From positions 38,385 to 102,384 of IMG/VR virus record IMGVR_UViG_3300037067_027683: DNA of 64,000 bases; one strand, written 5' to 3'. This stretch comes from a virus (taxonomy: Duplodnaviria; Caudoviricetes). The notes under the pieces are model-generated. The model made no database searches. It was not told the DNA's origin and worked only from the letters and a program-made list of their open reading frames with translations. Of this stretch, positions 21,914-32,392 are shown piece after piece (position 1 is the first letter of the stretch; each line of letters starts with the position of its first letter). The translations under genes and the position numbers were made by a program.

Positions 21914-22456
21914 GTGGCAGAAGTTAGCATTCCAACAAGATTGTCTACGGCTCCTGGTGCTCCACCGCATTTGATTACTAAATATGCTCATGTTCCATTT
22001 ACCTGTTTTCTCAGAATAACTCCGTTGCGACCAGCCAAACGCGAAGAAACAATACGAGAAGTCGAGAAAAATATCGCTTTTGTTGAATCAGTGTTGGACA
22101 ATCTTTGTGGCGCTGGCTCTGGATCAGATGGCACTTTGTCTTTTGATTATACCAAACCTGTGGCTTATACACCACAATTTGGTGATAAAACTGCTCGTTT
22201 ATCGTTTAATGGACATATTTGTCGTAGAGATGCATTTGCTAAAACACCAGTTGGTGAGAGAATCGTTGTAAATGCTGGACAATTCTGGGTTGGTCCTGGT
22301 GCTTCCAATGCGAGTAACAGGCAACCAGATGTTCAGTTAGATAGCGTCGTTGCAGATTTCAAAGCTATAATTGAGGCTGCTACTGGTCTAGTAGTTATTA
22401 GATTAGAAGTTGCAAGATATATTTATGGTGCTGGTGGTACTACTTTCCCATCTTAG
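21914..22456 (+). CDS. hypothetical (probable virion) protein
   Basis: GAGGTG RBS with GTG start. Confidence 0.65.
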   Translation: MAEVSIPTRLSTAPGAPPHLITKYAHVPFTCFLRITPLRPAKREETIREVEKNIAFVESVLDNLCGAGSGSDGTLSFDYTKPVAYTPQFGDKTARLSFNGHICRRDAFAKTPVGERIVVNAGQFWVGPGASNASNRQPDVQLDSVVADFKAIIEAATGLVVIRLEVARYIYGAGGTTFPS

Positions 22457-22497
22457 TGTCTTCTGTTTAATAAAACATATCGTGGAGGAACACAGGC

Positions 22498-23004
22498 ATG
22501 GGTTCGGGCCTAATGCAATTGTCTAGAGGTATTCGTGCTAGCTCTAACCCATATAGAGCAATCGCTGCTGCTGGTTTTGATAGACCTACTAGTCAACCAA
22601 GAAAATATGAATTAAAATTTGGAGTCTGTCGTCATCATGGTTATACGGAATTCAGATCAGACAAGGATTACAGAAAGAACAAAACACCAAGGATTACGTT
22701 TCGCTGCTTATTATGTTTTAAACTTAAAAAGAAGAAACATAGATTACGAAATTCGAAATCTACTGCTAGAAATAAGAAATATAAATTAGTGCAAATGGCT
22801 GGTGGTTCGTGTAAACTATGTGGGTACGACAAATGTTTATCGGCAATGCATTTCCATCATAGAGATAGATTAATGAAGAATTTTGAAATAGCATATGGGT
22901 TGCGTCGTTTTACGTTAGAAAAACTATCAGAAGAGATCTCTAAATGCGTTTTACTTTGTAATCGTTGTCATGCTGAATTAGAGGAGGGGTTGGTGAAACT
23001 ATGA
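22498..23004 (+). CDS. HNH homing endonuclease
   Basis: GGSCKLCGY..MHFHHRD..KCVLLCNRCHAE; N-terminal Zn finger. Confidence 0.85.
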   Translation: MGSGLMQLSRGIRASSNPYRAIAAAGFDRPTSQPRKYELKFGVCRHHGYTEFRSDKDYRKNKTPRITFRCLLCFKLKKKKHRLRNSKSTARNKKYKLVQMAGGSCKLCGYDKCLSAMHFHHRDRLMKNFEIAYGLRRFTLEKLSEEISKCVLLCNRCHAELEEGLVKL

Positions 23005-23741
23005 GTATTTTAGGGCCGGATCAATTACCAGTAGTACTCAAGGTGGATTCAGATCCAATAAAGTTTGAGACTTTGAGTACGCTTGGTCATCCTGTAGTAA
23101 TGGTTGAATTGACAGAAGCACAGCTTGAACAAGCAATTAGAGTGACATCAGATTTCATTTCTACATACTTTTCATTTGAAGAAAAATATGCGTATTTCTA
23201 CACACAACCGTTAGTGAATGATTATGAATTACCAGCAGATGCATATTGGATTAAAGATGTAAAATGGGACCCTGCAACCACTAGAATCGGAGACATATTC
23301 GGAGCAGAGAGTTTCCTATTCAACGTGGGCAATGTTACTGGTATTCAGAATATTTTGCTTGATTATCATTTATTGATGTCATATAGGAAGTTTAGTCAAC
23401 GAATTTTGGGAACAGAAGGACAATGGGAAGTACTCGGGAATAACAAAATTAAATTATATCCAACTCCGCGTGGTAGTTTCCCTGTAGTTGTCGAATATAT
23501 TCCACCAGTTAGAAATTTTAGGACTCCATGGGCTAGAGAATTAACAAAACGCGCACTAGTTGCTGAAGCCAAAATCATGCTGGGGAATATTAGAAGTAAA
23601 TTCGGAAGCATGCCAGCACCAGACGGTGGGACGATCAATCTTAATGGAGACGCATTGAGAACTGAAGGTCAAGCAGAAAAGGATAAGGCAGTAGAGGACG
23701 CCATTTTGCATGGTGAACCTCTAGGGCCGATTTTGTGGTAA
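23001..23741 (+). CDS. neck / head-tail adaptor protein (gp13-like)
   Basis: LGHPVVMVELTEAQL and LGNIRSKF..P.GG.INLNGDAL motifs. Confidence 0.88.
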   Translation: MSILGPDQLPVVLKVDSDPIKFETLSTLGHPVVMVELTEAQLEQAIRVTSDFISTYFSFEEKYAYFYTQPLVNDYELPADAYWIKDVKWDPATTRIGDIFGAESFLFNVGNVTGIQNILLDYHLLMSYRKFSQRILGTEGQWEVLGNNKIKLYPTPRGSFPVVVEYIPPVRNFRTPWARELTKRALVAEAKIMLGNIRSKFGSMPAPDGGTINLNGDALRTEGQAEKDKAVEDAILHGEPLGPILW

Positions 23742-24196
23742 TGATTAATATAGCTAATAAGCTAGAAGTGATGCCTGGAGGCGTTATCCAGGTGCCTGGA
23801 TGTGAGCCAGTAAGCTCAGTCACAGGGACTGCTTTATTGCGTGACATGCATTGTAATGCTTCGATTATTCCTGTAAGTGATGTATTGCGTTTGATTCCTG
23901 GTTCTAAACTTGTCTGGGTGATGCGTCCATCAGGGACAACATCTACTGGATGGTTCGTTCAATTACCAGAAGGACCGCCAACTCAAGGCAATGATTGTCC
24001 TGGTCATTGTATAGCTGATTATTATGCTATTTTGAAAGCTAATGCCAGAGTTTTATCACAAGAAGAATCAGAAGAAGCGGCTGGGCCATGTGCTGGATTT
24101 AATTATAGTGGTTGTGTGAATAGTCGGGACATTTTTCATACCACTCGTGATCCAGATATGCGTCCGAATTCGCAACCATTAGGAGCGATATTATAA
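23735..24196 (+). CDS. hypothetical protein (Cys-rich)
   Basis: coupled between the neck genes. Confidence 0.6.
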   Translation: MVMINIANKLEVMPGGVIQVPGCEPVSSVTGTALLRDMHCNASIIPVSDVLRLIPGSKLVWVMRPSGTTSTGWFVQLPEGPPTQGNDCPGHCIADYYAILKANARVLSQEESEEAAGPCAGFNYSGCVNSRDIFHTTRDPDMRPNSQPLGAIL

Positions 24197-24810
24197 TGTC
24201 AATCACTGATTTCGACCCACAGCAACAATTTTCGAGTATTGATAAATTACCAGATCATCGTAGTGATGCTGAGCGTCTTAATTCATTGCTTTCAATTTAT
24301 AATCACGATAATCCAGATATAGCTTATGTCGAGAGGTTGGCTGAAGAGATGATTAACATATCAGGAACGTGGATAACTGTATTTAGACGCCAACGTAATG
24401 AGGCTAACCGAGATGATGTTTGGGAAGAAGATCCAGATCCAACTTATAGAAATGGCATTAAACTTAAAGGTCGTTTTGTGCCCGCACCAGCTGAGGCACA
24501 ATTAACACGTTGGGGTCTGGATCTCCCGAACCAGACGACAGTTCAATTCTCTAGAGCTAATGTTCTTAAGATGTTCGGTAAGAAGATGATTGCGGAAGGT
24601 GATATACTTATAATTCCTCATAATACTTTGTCTATCGCGCAAGTTACTGATTTGCGTGATGGGCCTACTAACAGGATTGATACATTTCGGTGCTTGAAAT
24701 CAAGTGAAAGCGGTAATTTCAAGTATCGTTGGATATATTGGACATGTTTGGTTGAGAATGTGACTGGTGATAAGACTATCCAAGTTGATTTTAGGAAAGA
24801 GAATTCATGA
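24196..24810 (+). CDS. head closure protein (gp14-like)
   Basis: EMINISG, D.VWEED, LTRWG, EGDILIIP motifs; follows gp13. Confidence 0.8.
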   Translation: MSITDFDPQQQFSSIDKLPDHRSDAERLNSLLSIYNHDNPDIAYVERLAEEMINISGTWITVFRRQRNEANRDDVWEEDPDPTYRNGIKLKGRFVPAPAEAQLTRWGLDLPNQTTVQFSRANVLKMFGKKMIAEGDILIIPHNTLSIAQVTDLRDGPTNRIDTFRCLKSSESGNFKYRWIYWTCLVENVTGDKTIQVDFRKENS

Positions 24811-25106
24811 ATATTAGTAAACAACTTCTAGATGTTGGATTGAGAAAAATAGCAGAAATGCGGTCGGAAGCATTGTCTAAGTTGTCTGAAGACGCACGCA
24901 CACAAATCGAGTCACGCTCAAAAGGTAGACTAGCGCCAAAGGTGACCATAACTGACGATAAGGCAATTATTTTTATCCAGAAAACTGACGATGATCCTAC
25001 TGGTAGCAAAGTAAAAAAGATAGAATTGGAATCACAAGCTTTTAGTACTGCAATTAGTAATCTGCGAAATGAAGCATATGTAAAGAATCTCTTGAAGCAG
25101 AAGTAA
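24807..25106 (+). CDS. hypothetical protein
   Basis: 99-aa coupled ORF. Confidence 0.6.
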   Translation: MNISKQLLDVGLRKIAEMRSEALSKLSEDARTQIESRSKGRLAPKVTITDDKAIIFIQKTDDDPTGSKVKKIELESQAFSTAISNLRNEAYVKNLLKQK

Positions 25107-25140
25107 TCTCTATCTCAAACATATCAAATGGAGGTTTGGT

Positions 25141-26025
25141 ATGCCAGTTTATCAATTTGAATATGATGATGGTGCTAATCCAGTTAAGGTTACTGATCAG
25201 CGTTTTACCCCAAAGGATAGGGATGGGGAACCGATTGTCAGAACTCTTATTAGTCCTATACCGCAACCACCAGTTGCTAAACGTGAAGATATCCTTTTTG
25301 AGAATCAGAATGTTAATACTTCATTTGATATTAATGAATTTCTGCCACAGGGTTATAGAACAATGGATCGTGGCATTAAGAATTATTTTTCTGGGATCCC
25401 CGTACCGACTAAGGATGGTTATCGTATTATGGAAGTTAGAATTAGTGGTGGTGATAAGCCTTATCTAATTTGGGCGCAAGATTTGGTTCGTGGACGCGTA
25501 CAATTGCCTATTATGTCAATTAAAAGAGAAGGCGATGAACATTACCCGCCAAAATTTAGTCCAGCTCATACACATTACATGAGTAAGCGTTTTGTTGACA
25601 CTGAAGGTACTAAAGTGGCTTTGGCATATAGACCAATATCCTCATTGATCAATTATTCTTTATCTGTGTGGGCTGAGCATAAGAGAGATTTGGAATTTAT
25701 TCATTATCAGATTCGTACTCGTTTTAATCCTGTTGCAGAATTTATGGTTGAGGATGAACATCTTAGAGGAAGTGTTTTCTTAAAGTATAATGGTATGACA
25801 GTGGCGGTAGATGATGAATTACCTGCCGACCAACGAGCAAATAAGCGTTATGAATATGCTATTTCGATGGAAGGTTGGATGCCATTGCCAGAAAAGATCG
25901 TTTCTACAATCCTCGGAAGAGTATTTACTTTAAGAGAGCAGGCGAATCCAGAGTACGGGATAGGTGAGGTTCTGGATACTGTTCAAGGAAAGTCTGAATT
26001 GTCTAGCGTACAAATAAGGAGATAG
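25141..26025 (+). CDS. tail terminator / sheath stabiliser (gp15-like)
   Basis: VQLPIMSI.R, INYSLSVW, QI..RFNP, EGWMP motifs; position before sheath. Confidence 0.8.
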   Translation: MPVYQFEYDDGANPVKVTDQRFTPKDRDGEPIVRTLISPIPQPPVAKREDILFENQNVNTSFDINEFLPQGYRTMDRGIKNYFSGIPVPTKDGYRIMEVRISGGDKPYLIWAQDLVRGRVQLPIMSIKREGDEHYPPKFSPAHTHYMSKRFVDTEGTKVALAYRPISSLINYSLSVWAEHKRDLEFIHYQIRTRFNPVAEFMVEDEHLRGSVFLKYNGMTVAVDDELPADQRANKRYEYAISMEGWMPLPEKIVSTILGRVFTLREQANPEYGIGEVLDTVQGKSELSSVQIRR

Positions 26026-26027
26026 GC

Positions 26028-26336
26028 ATGGCGAAACGTCCATTGACAATGCGTGAGATGCGGGCAGCTAAAACTGCGTCTAATGAAGGTGGGATAATGA
26101 TGTTATTGAATATTTCTAAGCAATTGGTACATGTTCATCTCAAGCCACCGTTGGTTAATGGGAACAAACGTGCTGATTTCTATGTAGGCGCACAAGATGT
26201 CCCATTAAAGCCAGGTCAGAGTTATAAGTTCAGGAAGAATAGACTGTGGATAGAGCAAGTGACTCGTCTTTGCAAACAGCGTTGTTTACAAGTTATATCG
26301 GACACAGAGAAGCTAGTTGAAGATAAAGAAGTTTAG
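26028..26336 (+). CDS. small hypothetical virion-associated protein
   Basis: AGGAG RBS; lies between gp15 and sheath. Confidence 0.65.
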   Translation: MAKRPLTMREMRAAKTASNEGGIMMLLNISKQLVHVHLKPPLVNGNKRADFYVGAQDVPLKPGQSYKFRKNRLWIEQVTRLCKQRCLQVISDTEKLVEDKEV

Positions 26337-26411
26337 TGGCATATATTATTTTATATAATAGCGGACGGCAAAAATATTGATGATTGAGGCAGACAATATA
26401 GGAGATACACG

Positions 26412-29273
26412 ATGGCAGTCTTCCTTTCTCCAGGTGTGTTCCCGAAAGAGATCGATCTTAGTGTGGTACCGGCTGCGACAGGCGCTCTGACACCTGCGTT
26501 CATTGGTACTGCTAAGAAGGGTCCAGTTCAGGAACCAACCTTCATTAGCAATTCACAACAATACATCGATACATTCGGGAGTCCATTCCCAGAAAGCTTT
26601 TTAGGCTATGCTGTATTAGCCTATTTTGAGCAGGGAACTAGGGCGTGGATCTTACGCGTTGGAGTTGAATGCGAGGATGGACAACCAGCTGAATTGTCAG
26701 ATATTTGTATTGACACATCTGGATCTCGCACTTCTGGTTGGGGTAGAATTCCAGTGTTTACTGGGATTAATTTCGGAAGAATTTGCTCGCGAGTGATAAG
26801 TGCAACAGCTCCGATTGCTATTCATCGTGCGCTCTTTGATAATATTAACTATAATGATATTGACGTTTCCTCAACGTTTGGGCCGACAACGGCAACGTTG
26901 CAGTTTAGCAATATCCATGGTTATCAGGGTTCTATTGATGATACTTTCACTGTCCTGATTACTAGTGATCCAACTACTGTTGGGTCAGTAATGGACGGAG
27001 CTTCTTTCCAAGTCATTCGTAACTCAGATGGTTATATTATGATTGACGATGTAATTGTTGAGAGTGTGGTACCAGGCACATCAGACCCAATTGATGCAGG
27101 TGATGGCTTAATCTTTACAATTGTGGTTACTGGCGCGGCTCCACTTGGTAATCAGGATACATTTACTTTCGAAGCTGTTCCAGATAATCGTAAGTTCGCT
27201 TTTAATGTCGATCAGCAAGATCCAGCCACAGTTGTTGAATACACAATGACCGATGGCTCGACATATAATGATGCTACTACATTTGCGGCGGCAGTAAACG
27301 CTCTTCTCGGCGGAGTTGCTCCTTATAGAGCAATTGCGCAGGCTGACGAGACTGTTTGCTTCCAGACTGATACTGCTGGACAACCAATTCAACTAGTCTC
27401 GACTGAAGGATTTGCTCTTGAGGCTGGACAAGTGTTGTACGCTTACAGTATTCCAAGAAGTTATTTAATTTCTACCGATCCAGGTCCATATAACATCACC
27501 ACACAAAATAATAGGGTAACAATTAGGAACATCAGTCAGACTACCACAACAGATGTGACTTTCTCTGTACCACAGGGATTGAATAAGACCGCTGCTTCTG
27601 TAGCCTCCAGCATCCATAATGGTGGAGTCTACAATGGTTCAAGATACTGGCGGTCCTATCCAATGATTGTTCCTGGCGGTGATGAACAGATTGTCATTGA
27701 GACTTATGTTGACAATCAGTTTGATCAGCTCTCAATGCTTGCTGATACTTCGCATCTCAAGACTTTGAGATTTAGCGAAGAATTGAACATAATGTATCCT
27801 TACACACGTGCCTATACGGTCTTTAGTGATAGTCGTGTTGTTCTGCCAGATGCTGGTACGATTACCCCAAGTAATCCACTCAGTTGTGAGATTAGCCCAT
27901 TTAGCGATGCTTGTGCAGCTGACTCCGCATACTTCCAGAACATTGTTGGATGGTTTGTTGCGAAGACTCCTGGTACATGGATTGACGATTATCTCCTGAC
28001 ATTGCAGATATATCGTCAAAACGAAGGCCAGGACAATGGCAATGTGGCTGGTAGATTCCAGATCCAGATTTATGACACCAACAACAATTTGGTTGATAGT
28101 GTCGATGATGTGTCTTTCGACCCAACTCAATCTCGATTTGTTGCAAATGTCATTAACCCAGGATCGGAATTTGGTGGTGTGAATGGCGACTCTTTCATTG
28201 AATGGATTTCTAGACCATCGTTCCTGAACAATGATCCGGATGGAGATCCAACAAACTTCGAAGTTAGAGTGCCAGGTGCAATTAACCAGAAGGAATTTTC
28301 TGGTGGTGCTAATGGTATTCCTTCTGATCCAGCATACTCAACTGAACTTGATAGAGCAATCATTGGTAATCCAGCTGAAGAGTCTGGAATTTTCGCGTTC
28401 CAGAATCCAGAAGTGTTTGACATCACGCTATTGGTAATTCCTGGAGCAAGCTCTGGCTCGGTAATCGGTGGTGGTCTCCAGATGTGCGAGGCTCGTGGAG
28501 ACTGCATGATGATTATTGACCCGCCATTTGGGTTAAGAGCGCAGCAAGTTGTTGATTGGCATAATGGTATGCTCTTCAGTGACTTGGCACAAGCGATTAA
28601 TTCGAGTTATGGCGCACTCTACCATCCATGGTTGAAGGTTTTTGATCAGTTTAGTGGTCAGACAATCTTCATTCCACCGAGTGGTCACGTTTCTTCGGTG
28701 TACGCACGAACTGCGCGTGATGCAGAGCAGTGGTTTGCTCCTGCTGGTCTAGTTCGTGGCCACCTATTAACGCCAATTGATGTTGAAGTTGATTTGACAC
28801 AAGGTGAGCGTGACTTGCTTTATGGTTTTGGCAATGCTGTTAATCCGATTGTTAACTTCCCACAGGATGGAATTACAGTTTGGGGCCAGAGAACTTTACA
28901 GAGAAGGTCTTCTGCCCTTGATCGTGTGAACGTTAGGATGTTGTTGATTTACATCAAGAAGAATGCTGTTCGCTTCTTGAGACAGTTTGTGTTTGAGCCA
29001 AATGATGAGATTACTCGCGCACAAGTTGTGAACGTTAGTAATCCATTCTTGGCTGACATCCAGGCTCGTCGTGGTTTGACTGGGTTCTTGGTTGTTTGCG
29101 ACGAACGCAATAATACTCCAGAGCGCATTGATCGTAACGAGTTGTACGTAAGTTTCTTCCTTAAGCCAACTCGTGCAGCTGAGTTCATTGCGTTGAACTT
29201 GGTTGTTCTGAGGACCGAGGCAAGCTTCAGTTCTGCTGAGGTTCTGGCTGCGGGTGGTGTTGTTACGGCGTAA
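26412..29273 (+). CDS. tail sheath protein (gp18-like)
   Basis: LSPGVFPKEIDLS, KGPV, WFAPAG..RG, VWGQRTL, DRVNVR, FEPND. Confidence 0.97.
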   Translation: MAVFLSPGVFPKEIDLSVVPAATGALTPAFIGTAKKGPVQEPTFISNSQQYIDTFGSPFPESFLGYAVLAYFEQGTRAWILRVGVECEDGQPAELSDICIDTSGSRTSGWGRIPVFTGINFGRICSRVISATAPIAIHRALFDNINYNDIDVSSTFGPTTATLQFSNIHGYQGSIDDTFTVLITSDPTTVGSVMDGASFQVIRNSDGYIMIDDVIVESVVPGTSDPIDAGDGLIFTIVVTGAAPLGNQDTFTFEAVPDNRKFAFNVDQQDPATVVEYTMTDGSTYNDATTFAAAVNALLGGVAPYRAIAQADETVCFQTDTAGQPIQLVSTEGFALEAGQVLYAYSIPRSYLISTDPGPYNITTQNNRVTIRNISQTTTTDVTFSVPQGLNKTAASVASSIHNGGVYNGSRYWRSYPMIVPGGDEQIVIETYVDNQFDQLSMLADTSHLKTLRFSEELNIMYPYTRAYTVFSDSRVVLPDAGTITPSNPLSCEISPFSDACAADSAYFQNIVGWFVAKTPGTWIDDYLLTLQIYRQNEGQDNGNVAGRFQIQIYDTNNNLVDSVDDVSFDPTQSRFVANVINPGSEFGGVNGDSFIEWISRPSFLNNDPDGDPTNFEVRVPGAINQKEFSGGANGIPSDPAYSTELDRAIIGNPAEESGIFAFQNPEVFDITLLVIPGASSGSVIGGGLQMCEARGDCMMIIDPPFGLRAQQVVDWHNGMLFSDLAQAINSSYGALYHPWLKVFDQFSGQTIFIPPSGHVSSVYARTARDAEQWFAPAGLVRGHLLTPIDVEVDLTQGERDLLYGFGNAVNPIVNFPQDGITVWGQRTLQRRSSALDRVNVRMLLIYIKKNAVRFLRQFVFEPNDEITRAQVVNVSNPFLADIQARRGLTGFLVVCDERNNTPERIDRNELYVSFFLKPTRAAEFIALNLVVLRTEASFSSAEVLAAGGVVTA

Positions 29274-29280
29274 TGAATGG

Positions 29281-29317
29281 GTGGGGGTGCTAGGAATAGC
29301 ACCCCCACACTGTATTT
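29281..29317 (+). terminator. intrinsic terminator-like hairpin
   Basis: 12-bp stem GTGGGGGTGCTA/TAGCACCCCCAC with GGAA loop after the sheath gene. Confidence 0.7.
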
Positions 29318-29323
29318 GAGAAT

Positions 29324-30055
29324 ATGGATTGGGAGAGCATGGAGGCGTATGATTGGGACATTAGTAAACTTGGTAAACCGTTACCACCGATTAAGTTTAC
29401 TAATATGGCAGATACAATAATGATCAGAGAGAATGAAACTTGGAATGAGCGAATTGTGCGAATGCTCAATCCGCTTCATGATACTGTTATCCAATGTGGT
29501 ATGTGTGAACTTGGGCGTAAAATGTGTACTGAACAAGACACGACTTTTGATCCTCATGTCATGAGCAATATGAGTCCCAGTAAATGGGTAATCGTGGGAC
29601 AAAACCCTGGATTCAATGAGTGTATCAAACATGAACCTTTTGTTGGTGAAGCCGGTAAATTCTTTAATGAAGCAATAATACGAGGTGGCTTAAAACGCAA
29701 TGATTTCTATATAACAAATACGGTTCTGTGTCATACTCTGGGGAATGATAAGCCAACTAATGACCATACTAGATGTTGTGAACCATTTCTTAGAATTCAG
29801 CTTAAGCTTTTGAAACCAATCTTGGTTATAACGTTGGGTCAGGTTGCTTTTGATGTGTTTTGTCCAGATAAGACAATGAGTCATCATTTGGGTGAAATTA
29901 TAAGATCGCCAAAATTTGATGTTGATGTCTATCCGGTATATCATCCATCGCCTAGGAATATGAATAATAAAGACAGATGCGATAAATTTCAGGAACATAT
30001 TTCCAATTTATGTGAACTAATTAAGAGTTATAAGGCCACTAATCAGACCCAATAA
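29324..30055 (+). CDS. uracil-DNA glycosylase family 4 (Fe-S)
   Basis: C..C.L, IVGQNPG..E....PFVGEAG, YITN.V.C, LG..A, YHPS motifs. Confidence 0.9.
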   Translation: MDWESMEAYDWDISKLGKPLPPIKFTNMADTIMIRENETWNERIVRMLNPLHDTVIQCGMCELGRKMCTEQDTTFDPHVMSNMSPSKWVIVGQNPGFNECIKHEPFVGEAGKFFNEAIIRGGLKRNDFYITNTVLCHTLGNDKPTNDHTRCCEPFLRIQLKLLKPILVITLGQVAFDVFCPDKTMSHHLGEIIRSPKFDVDVYPVYHPSPRNMNNKDRCDKFQEHISNLCELIKSYKATNQTQ

Positions 30056-30103
30056 TTATCTATCATTCAAAAATAATTCGGACAAGTTAAGGAGACAGGA
30101 AAT

Positions 30104-30613
30104 ATGCCTGGCTTCATCATTCATGGTACGGGTGGTCCTGGGCCTGCTAATACAGTTGAGACCAGAAGAAAACATCGCTGGACATTCCAGACTCTGGCGG
30201 ATAGGCGTAACCCTATCATTCTTTTGCTCAAAGAGGCGTCACGGCCAAATTTGACAATTGAAGAACCAGTGATGCATCATAACCAGGAACAAGCTTACTT
30301 TGCTGGTAAGCATTCCTGGGAATCGCTGAAGATGGTTTGGTATGATGGTGAGCAACCAGATGATGTGTCTAAGGATATGTGGGATTGGGTTAACATCGCA
30401 GTTAATATCCCAGCAGTAACTGTGGCATTGCCAAGTGCTTATAAAAAAGATGCTAAACTTCAGATGCTTGATGGCATGGGAAGTGCTAGAGAAACTTGGA
30501 GTCTTTATGGTTGTTGGCCACAAAATTCTAACTGGAATACTCTGGATTACGAGAGCACAGACATTCAGACGATTGAGGTAACAATGCGTTACGATCGTGC
30601 TGAACGAGCGTAA
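30104..30613 (+). CDS. tail tube protein (gp19-like)
   Basis: RPNL, AGK.SWE, YKKD..LQMLD..G...ETW.LYGCWP, LDY, VTMRYDRA. Confidence 0.92.
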   Translation: MPGFIIHGTGGPGPANTVETRRKHRWTFQTLADRRNPIILLLKEASRPNLTIEEPVMHHNQEQAYFAGKHSWESLKMVWYDGEQPDDVSKDMWDWVNIAVNIPAVTVALPSAYKKDAKLQMLDGMGSARETWSLYGCWPQNSNWNTLDYESTDIQTIEVTMRYDRAERA

Positions 30614-30676
30614 CATAAAAATAGAGTTGGCTATGGAAGCCGCTTTATGCGGCTTCTATGGTATTTGGAGGTAAAA

Positions 30677-31210
30677 ATGCCTGGTTTTGTTATAAATGGA
30701 AAAGGAGAACCAGGTCCGCCAAATACTATTGATTTGCTTTATAACCACAGATGGATGATTACGCAGTTAGGTCCAATTTCACAAAATGACACATTAATAG
30801 CCAGAGATTTGGGATTACCAGATTTGAAGTTTGATAAACAAGAAATCTTAGCTGGTCTCATATGGTATAAATATGCAAAGAGTGTGCGTTGGGATGATGC
30901 AAGCGTAACTTTCTACGACAATGGCGACATAGGAAAAAAGATTCAGGAATGGCAAGATTCGGTCTTTACCGTTTCAGAAGGTATTAAGCAACATCATCCA
31001 TCTGGTGGGTATAAGAAAGATTCGATATTTTCATTGTTAGATGGAGAAGGCACGGAGCGACAAAAATTCACCCTGAAAAATTCGTGGCCAATATCTATTT
31101 CTCCAGGGAAGCTCAGTTATGCTGATACCAATATCAAATTATTGGTGGTCACTCTTTCTTTTGATTGGGCTGAATTTGAAACAACTAATGAATCCCAATC
31201 ACACGGTTAA
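30677..31210 (+). CDS. second tail tube-like protein (gp19/gp54 paralogue)
   Basis: aligns to 30104-30613 (MPGF.I.G.G.PGP.NT, YKKD, LKNSWP, VTLSFDWAE). Confidence 0.85.
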   Translation: MPGFVINGKGEPGPPNTIDLLYNHRWMITQLGPISQNDTLIARDLGLPDLKFDKQEILAGLIWYKYAKSVRWDDASVTFYDNGDIGKKIQEWQDSVFTVSEGIKQHHPSGGYKKDSIFSLLDGEGTERQKFTLKNSWPISISPGKLSYADTNIKLLVVTLSFDWAEFETTNESQSHG

Positions 31211-31242
31211 TTCCATAGGTAAATATGTGCGAGGAGATCAAC

Positions 31243-32235
31243 ATGACTGAAAAAGAGAATTCTAGTAAGAAAGAAATTAAACAGGAAATTAATATTGGTA
31301 AGATTAAGAAAGATGTTACAGAGGAATCTACATCATCTAGAATGGATTTTAGTGCTAAAGTACCACATTTAACGATTAGTCCTGGTGCCACTGCCGAACA
31401 GATTATTGATGTATTGATCAATACCCCAAAAGAGCAATTAATGCCATGGGAAAATTGTTGGCTTCCAAGTAGAGGTGTCTATTATAATGGGAAAATACCA
31501 GACGGTAAGGTTCAGGTTAGACCAATGGGTATCGATGTTGATAAAATCTTTGCTACGGCCAGATTGACTCAAACTAATCAGGCTATTGATTATATGTTCA
31601 GAAATTGTGTTAAGTTGCCTGATGCGTCAATGGATTCACTTGATCTAATTAATGGAGATCGGACTTTCTTGATCTTTTTCCTGCGTGGTATTACGCATGG
31701 CAATATTTATGAATTTATTGTGACTTGTCCAGATGACAATTGTAAAGCCGAATTTACTTATGAATATGACCTCAATAAGTTGGGTAGTACCATTAAGTAT
31801 CCAAAATTTGAATCTGAACCAGTCAAAGTTGTGTTGCCATATCTATCAGAAGTAGCGCAACGCGAATGTTGGGTTGGGGTTAGGTATCTGCGTGGCTATG
31901 ACATGCGTACTATTCAGACTTATCAGAAAAGTAAAGAGCGTATTGTGGGCGGAGCGAGTAATAAAGTTCCAATTAATGAAGCCATTGAATCGAATCTAAA
32001 CCTTGTTATTGAGAGTATCAATGGAATTCAAGATAAAGCTAAGATTAGTCAAATCGTAAGTGCCATGCACACTAAAGACACACAAGCTGTCAGACGGTTT
32101 CTAGACGATTCGATGCCTGGAATTGGTACCGATATCAAGATTGTGTGTCCTGATTGTGGTCGTGATTTCACTCTGGATCTACCCATAACTGAAACCTTTT
32201 TTCGCCCAAAAGACCCTAGAGGAGTGCGAGCGTGA
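31243..32235 (+). CDS. baseplate hub / tail assembly chaperone (gp26-like)
   Basis: LPSRG..Y, VRPM, DL..GDR.FL..LR, CP..C twice, C-terminal LPITETFFRP. Confidence 0.85.
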   Translation: MTEKENSSKKEIKQEINIGKIKKDVTEESTSSRMDFSAKVPHLTISPGATAEQIIDVLINTPKEQLMPWENCWLPSRGVYYNGKIPDGKVQVRPMGIDVDKIFATARLTQTNQAIDYMFRNCVKLPDASMDSLDLINGDRTFLIFFLRGITHGNIYEFIVTCPDDNCKAEFTYEYDLNKLGSTIKYPKFESEPVKVVLPYLSEVAQRECWVGVRYLRGYDMRTIQTYQKSKERIVGGASNKVPINEAIESNLNLVIESINGIQDKAKISQIVSAMHTKDTQAVRRFLDDSMPGIGTDIKIVCPDCGRDFTLDLPITETFFRPKDPRGVRA

Positions 32236-32242
32236 ATGGAAC

Positions 32243-32392
32243 ATGGTAATGGAGGAGATGTATATTCTTAAGAAGCACTGTAAGTTATCTTTATGTGAGC
32301 AGTTATTACTTAGTGCTGAAGAGAGATCATGGTTAGTTACTAGATTTAATAAAGACATGAAAAATCAGAATAATACGCCTGATGAGAAATGA
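32243..32392 (+). CDS. gp51-like small chaperone ORF (not in ORF track; possible frameshift extension of the gp26-like gene)
   Basis: MVMEEMYILKKHCKLSLCEQLLLSAEERSWLVTRFNKDMK... matches the E..L..H...S..E......ER.W pattern; frame stays open back through the TTTTTT run at 32197. Confidence 0.7.
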   Translation: MVMEEMYILKKHCKLSLCEQLLLSAEERSWLVTRFNKDMKNQNNTPDEK

